DNA of 64,000 bases from Octopus vulgaris. Its lineage: Eukaryota. Below, one piece after another: positions 56,709 to 64,000 of the stretch (within the stretch, counting starts at the first letter, position 1; each line of letters opens with the position of its first letter). The DNA lies in contig OX597831.1 in NCBI GenBank assembly GCA_951406725.2, positions 43,896,001-43,960,000 on the forward strand. Direction: 5' to 3'. The notes under the pieces are model-generated. The model did no database searches. It saw only the letters and a program-made list of their open reading frames with translations, and had not been told where the DNA came from. The position numbers were made by a program, and so were the translations under genes.

Positions 56709-56779
56709 TTTATATATATTTGAGCCCTTGTGGCCAATAATGAAAGAAGTAATAGATTTAGCCCAGTGCTCTTCCAAAT

Positions 56780-57420
56780 CGGTAGCGTTCTGAGTTCAAA
56801 TTCCGCCGAGGTCGACTTTGCCTTTCATCCTTTCGGGGTCGATAAAATAAGTACCAGTTACGCCCTGGGGGTCGATATAATCGACTTAACCGGTTTGTCT
56901 GTCCTTGTTTGTCCCCTCTGTGTTTAGCCCCTTGTGGGTAGTAAAGAAATATATAAAAGGCGGCAAGCTGGCAGAAACGTTAGCACGCCGGGTGAAATGC
57001 GTAGCCGTATTTCGTCTGCCGTTACGTTCTGAGTTCAAATTCCGCCGAGGTCGACTTTGCCTTTCATCCTTTCGGGGTCGATAAAATAAGTACCAGTTAC
57101 GCACTGGGGTCGATGTAATCGACTTAATACCTATGTCTGTCCTTGTTTGTCCCCTTTGTGTTTAGTCCCTTGTGGGTAATAAAGAAATAGGTATTTCGTC
57201 TGCCGCTACGTTCTGAGTTCAAATTCCGCCGGGCGAAATGCTTAGTGGTATTTCGTCTGCCGTTACGTTCTGAGTTCAAATTCCGCCGAGGTCGACTTTG
57301 CCTTTCATCCTTTCGGGGTCGATTAAATAAGTACCAGTTACGCACTGGGGTCGATATAATCGACTTAATCCGTTTGTCTGTCCTTGTTTGTCCTCTCTGT
57401 GTTTAGCCCCTTGTGGGTAG
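56780..57420 (+). mobile_element. Tandem cluster of SINE family C
   Basis: Repeated gttctgagttcaaattccgccgaggtcgactttgcctttcatcctttcggggtcgat units. Confidence 0.85.
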
Positions 57421-58026
57421 TATAGCAACACTTCTTTACGCTCGGTGTTCAAATCATGCCGGGATTGACTTCACCTTAATCATTCCGAGGTCAATGAAAT
57501 AACTACCAATCAAGCATTGTGGCTGCATTAAGGAACTGTGCCCTTGCTACATTTTAGCACAAACATGTGGCCTTGTGTCAATGCTAGAAATCAATATTAA
57601 ATGTCTGTATTCCACACACCTTAAATGACCTATATCACAGTAGCCATTGTAATTTATTACGGATCAGGCAAGACTGAAAAGAAAGAAGAGTGTCACTAGT
57701 TATTAACTTACCTTAATCCAATAAAACCTAATTGTAATCTAATTAACTTTGCCAATATTGTATAAATGGTTGCAATATCGATAGAACAATGACTCAGTAA
57801 CTGGATGCCGAGAGGAATATTTCACTGTTTTAGTTCTATGTAAGAACCTTGTGAGGAATTAATAATTTATTAGGGGTACCGAAAAGTAATGTTGCGTTTC
57901 ATGCAGTGAGTTCAAATCAGCATAAAACCTATCACAGATAAAACCTATTTATTCAATGAAAATATAATCGCCATATCGTTAGCTACAAAACTTTCCCACC
58001 TCGAAACCAATTCTTATTTCGTGAGC

Positions 58027-58027
58027 A

Positions 58028-58086
<59 letters not shown>

Positions 58087-58092
58087 GCGATG

Positions 58093-58153
<61 letters not shown>

Positions 58154-58184
58154 TAATAATAATAATAATAATAATAGTGATCAC

Positions 58185-58233
<49 letters not shown>

Positions 58234-58241
58234 GTGATCAC

Positions 58242-58281
<40 letters not shown>

Positions 58282-58314
58282 GTGATGATGATGATGATAA
58301 TAATAATAATAATA

Positions 58315-58363
<49 letters not shown>

Positions 58364-58430
58364 TAATAATAATAATAAGGAGAAGAAGAAGAAGAAGAAG
58401 AAGAAGAAGAAGAAGAAGAAGAAGAAGAAG

Positions 58431-58462
<32 letters not shown>
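58027..58462. repeat. Long (TAA)n-(GAA)n-(CAA)n compound microsatellite
   Basis: Direct reading. Confidence 0.95.
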
Positions 58463-58464
<2 letters not shown>

Positions 58465-58980
58465 GAAAAAAGATGGTATAGGCACACACCAGGAAAGATC
58501 ACAGAAGAGAAAGCAACCATACTCTGGGATATGCCAATACACACAGATAGAGAAATTAAGGTCAATAGACTGAATATAGTTGTGAGAGATCACCAAGAAA
58601 AAATGCTTTCTAATCGATGTATCAATACGAACAGATGACAATATTTCTCTAAAAGAAATTTAGAAACCTTCAAAATACAAAGATGTGGAAATAGAGGTAA
58701 CTCGAAAGTGGAGTCTAAAAACAGAAGCAAATCCTTTCATAATAGGCGCATTAGGTGTGATAAAATAACATTCAGACAAATACATAACAAAAACTCCAGG
58801 ACTTACAAGTATATAGAGCATACAAAAAATAGCACTACTAGGCACCGCACACATCCTATGTAAAACACTTTCAATACAGTAACAATAAGAACAACACAAC
58901 AAGCCTCAGCGCATACCCAAAGCACACAGAGCTACGCTCGGTAGTGAAGTGAAAGCACGCTATAAAAATAAGACCACTAA
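58463..58980 (+). pseudogene. R4/Dong-like LINE 3' end (RLE domain plus UTR)
   Basis: WYRHTP...ATILWDMPIHTDREIKVNRLNIVVRD, CFLIDVSI, SKYKDVEIE, IIGALG, IQKIALLGTAHIL; ends at TAA repeats. Confidence 0.85.
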
Positions 58981-59161
58981 ATAATGATAATAATGGTTTC
59001 AAATTTTGCCACAAGGGCAGCAATTTTGGGGGAGGGGACTAATCGATTAAATCGACCCCAGTGTTTCACTGGTACCTAATTTTTTGATCCCGAAAGGATG
59101 AAAGGCAAAATCAACTTCGGCGTGCCCGGCGTGCTAACGATTCTGCCAGCTCGCCGCCTTA

Positions 59162-59222
<61 letters not shown>

Positions 59223-59879
59223 GTAATAATTCTTTCTCATTTTGGCTCGACCCGCAAATTTTATGGGATTAAACAAGTCGTTACAATCAACACCTGTACA
59301 AGACAAGTTCTTTATTTTATCGACCCGGAACTGATGAAAGGCAAAGTCAACCTCAGCAGGATATGAACTCAGAACATAAAGAGCCGGAAGAAACACCGCT
59401 AAGCACTTTGTCCGACACGCTAACGAATGTGCCAGCTCGCCGCCATTATCTACAATAAGAATGGTTTCAAATTTTGACTGAGGGTCTGCAAGTTCAGGAG
59501 AAAGAGATTAGTCAATTCCATCAACCCTAGTACACAACTGGGGGATATTTTATCGACCCAGAAAGGATGAAAGACAAAACCGATCTCCTCGGAATTTGAA
59601 GTCAGAATGTAAAGACGGACAAAATGCTGCTAAGCATTTGGGCCCAGCATGCTAACGATTCTGCCACCTCGTCACCTTAGTCAACAACAATAACTTATAT
59701 CATTGACTACAATAAAAGCAACTCCCGTAAGAATGGCTCCTGATTTTAGGTACAAAGCAAACAATCTTAAAGAGAGGCGATTAGTCTCCATCGACCCCCA
59801 GCACCATTGACACCAGCACCATCGACTCCAGCACCACTTGACTAGTATTTTATTTTACTGTTCCCTATGAGATGAAACG

Positions 59880-60165
59880 GAAGCGCAATGGCCCAGTGGT
59901 TAGGGTAGCAGACTCGCGGTCATGGGATCGCGGTTTCGATTCCCAGACCGTGTGTTGTGTGTGTTTATTGAGCGAAAACACCTAAAGCTCCACGAGGCTC
60001 CGGCAGTGGGTGGTGGCGACCCCTGTTGTACTCTTTCACCCCAACTTTCTCTCGCTCTTTCTTCCTGTTTCATGAGTAACGCTGCGATGGACTGGCGTCC
60101 CGTCCAGCTGGGGGGAACACATATGCCATAGAAACCGGGAAGCCTGGCTAGGCTTGAAAAAAAGG
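59880..60165 (+). mobile_element. SINE family A head with an alternative tail
   Basis: Same tRNA head and body as the 17054 copy, then ctgcgatggactggcgtcccgtccag... Confidence 0.75.
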
Positions 60166-60693
60166 GCGCATAATAAAAAGATATATACGATGAAACGGAA
60201 AATCGGCCTCGGTGGGATTTCAACTCAGAACATAAAGATGGCCTGAAATGCCTCTAAGCATCGACTCCCGTACCACTTGACTAGTATTTTATTTTACTGT
60301 TCCCAATAGAATGAAACGAAAAATCGACCTCGGCGGGATTTGAACTCAGAACATATAGATGGCCCGGAATGCTTCTAAGCACTTTTACCGATGCTCTAAT
60401 GATTCTGCTAATCCGCTGCCCTAGCAACACGGACGAGAATAACGACGGCTTTGACTTATATAACGCTAAGATACCTCAATGCAGCAGCTTCTCGTTTCAG
60501 AAAATTATTCCCTATCATTATGAAAAAAAGAAAAGAAATGGTGCAGGCGTAGGTGTATGGTAATAAGTTTGGTTCGCAACGACATGGCTCCAGGTTCAGT
60601 TCCACTGCCTGGCAAGTATCTTCTACAATAACCTCGGGCCTATTAAAGGCTTGTGAATGGATTTGGTAGACAAAAACTGAAAGAAACCCGTCG

Positions 60694-60729
<36 letters not shown>

Positions 60730-60732
60730 TCT

Positions 60733-60782
<50 letters not shown>

Positions 60783-62972
60783 CACGCGTGTGCTTGTGTG
60801 TAACTTTGTGCCTGTGTTTGTTCACATCACCGCATGTGTTTACGTAGCCGCAGCCTAGCAGTTCGGCAAAAGAATCGATAGAATCAGTACCAGGCTTTTA
60901 AAAAATATATATCAGATATTACATACATTATCCTTTCGGGATCGATTAAATAAATACCAAGTGATCGTTGGGGTCAGTGTAATCGACGTTCCACCATCCC
61001 ACAAAATTGCTAGCCTTGTGCTAAAATTTGAAGTCAATATTTCCCTTTATAATTTTTTTTTTTTTTTTTTGCTTTATATCCGGAATATCCAAGAATGTTA
61101 GGTTAAGAACAATTGATTTCGGATTGTCTTTTTAATGTACTATTTTCTGATATTTAAAAGCTGTTGTAGCTTGGCTTTTATGCAATTCCTTTTTCTAATT
61201 CTTACATAGTTGTGTCTTCGCTCTTAACGAATATAGTGTAAACCAATTTTAATCCGTCGTTAAGACATCAATGAAAAATGCATTCGTATAAATGTAATAT
61301 ATTTTGAATATTATTGGATTTGTAAAAAGGAATTCAGTCAAATTTAGAAGAGAAAACAAAGAATTAATAACATGAACTGTAAGCAGCTATGCACACACTC
61401 TAACCTTATACGTATAGGCACATTAGTTACATATAAACACATACAGACGTAAGCACATAAACATGGATCATTTGGTACATTCGCCAAATTTGCACACAGA
61501 TACGCAGAGAAAATAATGATTTCAATTTTTGATAGAAGGCCAGTAATTTCAGGTGGAGACGCAAGTCGTTTATATCGACCTAAGTGCTTACCTGTTACTT
61601 GTTCAATCGAACTCGTTGGATAAGAAGCAAAGTCGATCTCGGTTGAATGCGAACTCGAAACATAGAGGAATTTGAAGCTCGGTGGAATTTGAACTCGGAA
61701 CCGGAAAAACGTATTTGTCGACGCGGTAACAATTCTTATTTCTTTATTGCCCACAAGGAGCTAAACATAGAAGGGACAAACAAGGACAGACAAAGGGATT
61801 AAGTCGATTACATCGAACCCAGTGCGTAACTGGTATTTTATATATCGACCCCGAAAGGATGAAAGGCAAAGTCGACCTCGGTAGAATGTGAACTCGAAAC
61901 AGTGAAATTTGAAGCTCGGTGGAATTTGAACTCGGAACCGGAAAGACGTATTTGTCGACGCAGTAACAATTCTGCTTGCACGCCGACGGACACACAGAAA
62001 GCAATTTTTCCTACTATGGGCACTAAGCTTGAAATATTGCGAGAGCGGGGCAGTCGATCGCATCAAACCCAGTGCTCGTCTGGTACTTAATTCATCTACT
62101 ATGAAATGATATAAAGCAATGTCGCTCCTCGGCGAATTCTGTGAAGACATTCTCGCGTTTCAAACGCGTTTGCAATTCTGTCGTAACGCTACCTTACAGA
62201 AAACAATAACAAGATGACAAACATACCCAGCAATGTGTGTGTATATATATATATATATATACCTCTTCTACTGGAGGCACAAAGCCTCAGATTTGTGGGG
62301 AGGGAACTAGTCGATTACATCGACCCAGTGCATAACTGGTACTTATTTAATCGACCCCGAAAAGATGGAAGGCAAAGTCGACCTCGGAGGAATTTGAACT
62401 CAGAATGTAGCGGTAGTGGTAACGTTTCTGCCAGCTCACCACCTAAATAATGTATATATATATATATATGTTTGTGTGTATGTATGTATGTATGCATGCA
62501 TGTATATGTGTGTGCGCGCGCGTGGTTATGTTTAATATGCGCACGCGCGTGAATTTGTGTGTATACGTGTGTGTGTATATATATATATATGCATCTTTAC
62601 GTGCTGAGCTCGAATTATGCTGAGCCTATTTTTTCTTTCAACCTCTTGAGGTCGATAAAATATGGTACCAGTCATGTGCTGGGACTGATGTAATCGACTA
62701 ACCCTTCCCCCTAAAAGGTGCTGACCTTCTACCAAAATTAGAAATCATTATAAAGTGATGAGCTAGCTCAATCGTTAATATGCCGGTCGAAATGCTTAGC
62801 GACATTTCGTCCGTCTTTACGTTCTGAGTTCAATTTTCGCTGAGATTAACTTTGCCTTGTATCGTTTCGGCGTCGATAAAATAAGTACCAGTTGAGTACT
62901 GGAGTCGATATAATCAACTTAGCCCATCCTAACGAACTTGCTGGCCTTGTGCCAAAATTAGAAATAATAATG

Positions 62973-63010
<38 letters not shown>

Positions 63011-63011
<1 letters not shown>

Positions 63012-63394
63012 GAACACCGGGGGACTTTTAAGAGGAGAACACCGGGGGACTTTTAAGAGGAGAACACCGGGGGACTTTTAAGAGAGAACACCGGGGGACT
63101 TTTAAGAGAGAACACCGGGGGACTTTTAAGAGAGAACACCGGGGGACTTTAAGAGAGAACACCGGGGGACTTTTAAGAGAGAACACCGGGGGACTTTTAA
63201 GAGAGAACACCGGGGGACTTTTAAGAGGAGAACACCGGGGGACTTTTAAGAGAGAACACCGGGGGACTTTTAAGAGAGAACACCGGGGGACTTTTAAGAG
63301 AGAACACCGGGGGACTTTTAAGAGAGAACACCGGGGGACTTTTAAGAGAGAACACCGGGGGACTTTTAAGAGAGAACACCGGGGGACTTTTAAG
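63011..63394 (+). repeat. About 16 copies of a 24-bp tandem unit agagagaacaccgggggactttta
   Basis: Near-perfect array starting directly after (TAA)n. Confidence 0.95.
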
Positions 63395-63596
63395 ATGTAA
63401 GAAGGAAAATTCAGAGCTCCGAAACCTATCCACAAACATCGAAAACAAGGACATCCTATGGAGCCAAAGTTTTACTAACAAAGAACTGGGCTGTATCCGA
63501 GTAAGTAATACAAACTGAAATTTATTACTATTTTCGAAACGAAATGATGTATTTTGACTCGATATCATCTCCACCTCTAACGCAACACATGTAAAC

Positions 63597-64000
63597 ATGC
63601 GTGAAACATCACGATCATCTCCGACCCCAAACACCATGTACAAAGGAACTACGAAGAAATTAAATGCCACCGATACTATTCAACCCAAGAATAACAATCG
63701 AGCGGTACGTACATTAAACCTACAACAAAAAATGTACGAAAAACTACACGTGCGAAATAATGTGACAACAGAAATAAACGGACCGGTACCCTACGAAAAT
63801 GACGACCGTCAAAATAATGGGCCGGACGTTGTACCTCATGTCCCGCAAATAAAACCCAAAAGACGTAAATGGACACGTGAGGAATACATTTCTATCTTAC
63901 ACGCATACTTCACAGCAGTACTCTACCCAAAAAATGAAAATACAACAACACATACATATAAATTATGGAAGGAAAATAATAGAGATTTAGACTTGGATAC
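63597..64000 (+). CDS. N-terminus of an R4/Dong-like non-LTR retrotransposon ORF (runs off the window)
   Basis: Open frame MRETSRSS...KPKRRKWTREEYISILHAYFTAVLYP...YKLWKE; Myb-like RKWT.EE motif; no stop before the window end, which probably explains its absence from the ORF track. Confidence 0.65.
   Translation, partial: MRETSRSSPTPNTMYKGTTKKLNATDTIQPKNNNRAVRTLNLQQKMYEKLHVRNNVTTEINGPVPYENDDRQNNGPDVVPHVPQIKPKRRKWTREEYISILHAYFTAVLYPKNENTTTHTYKLWKENNRDLDLD

Noticed and set aside
63011-63394. CRISPR-like array
   Set aside because: Units are contiguous with no unique spacers, there are no cas genes, and the context is eukaryotic

Overview
AT-rich, microsatellite-saturated animal genomic DNA. The SINE families look like those of octopus/cephalopods, which is an inference and not a database result. 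No intact host gene is recognisable, and nearly all ORFs in the track are translations of (TA)n/(CA)n/(GATA)n/(TAA)n repeats. Coding remnants are all transposon-derived: a Ty3/Gypsy integrase fragment, RLE-type LINE pieces (R4/Dong-like, HERO-like), two Tc1/mariner relics and a decayed Penelope-like element (RT plus GIY-YIG). The open 5' end of a Dong/R4-like LINE, preceded by a 24-bp tandem array, sits at the window end. Three tRNA-derived SINE families and non-autonomous Helitrons are abundant. The main hidden signal is a diverse set of short non-coding elements embedded in (TA)n tracts. Many are fold-backs with a one-sided tail, and about a dozen carry minimal type-I hammerhead ribozyme motifs (stem I-CUGANGA-stem II-GAAA-short/palindromic stem III-UH-stem I'). 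These include a U3-A8 covariant pair, a version with a greatly extended stem II, and a tRNA-headed SINE with its own hammerhead. They are most plausibly non-autonomous retrozyme-like partners of Penelope-like elements. Coordinates of degenerate repeats are approximate.
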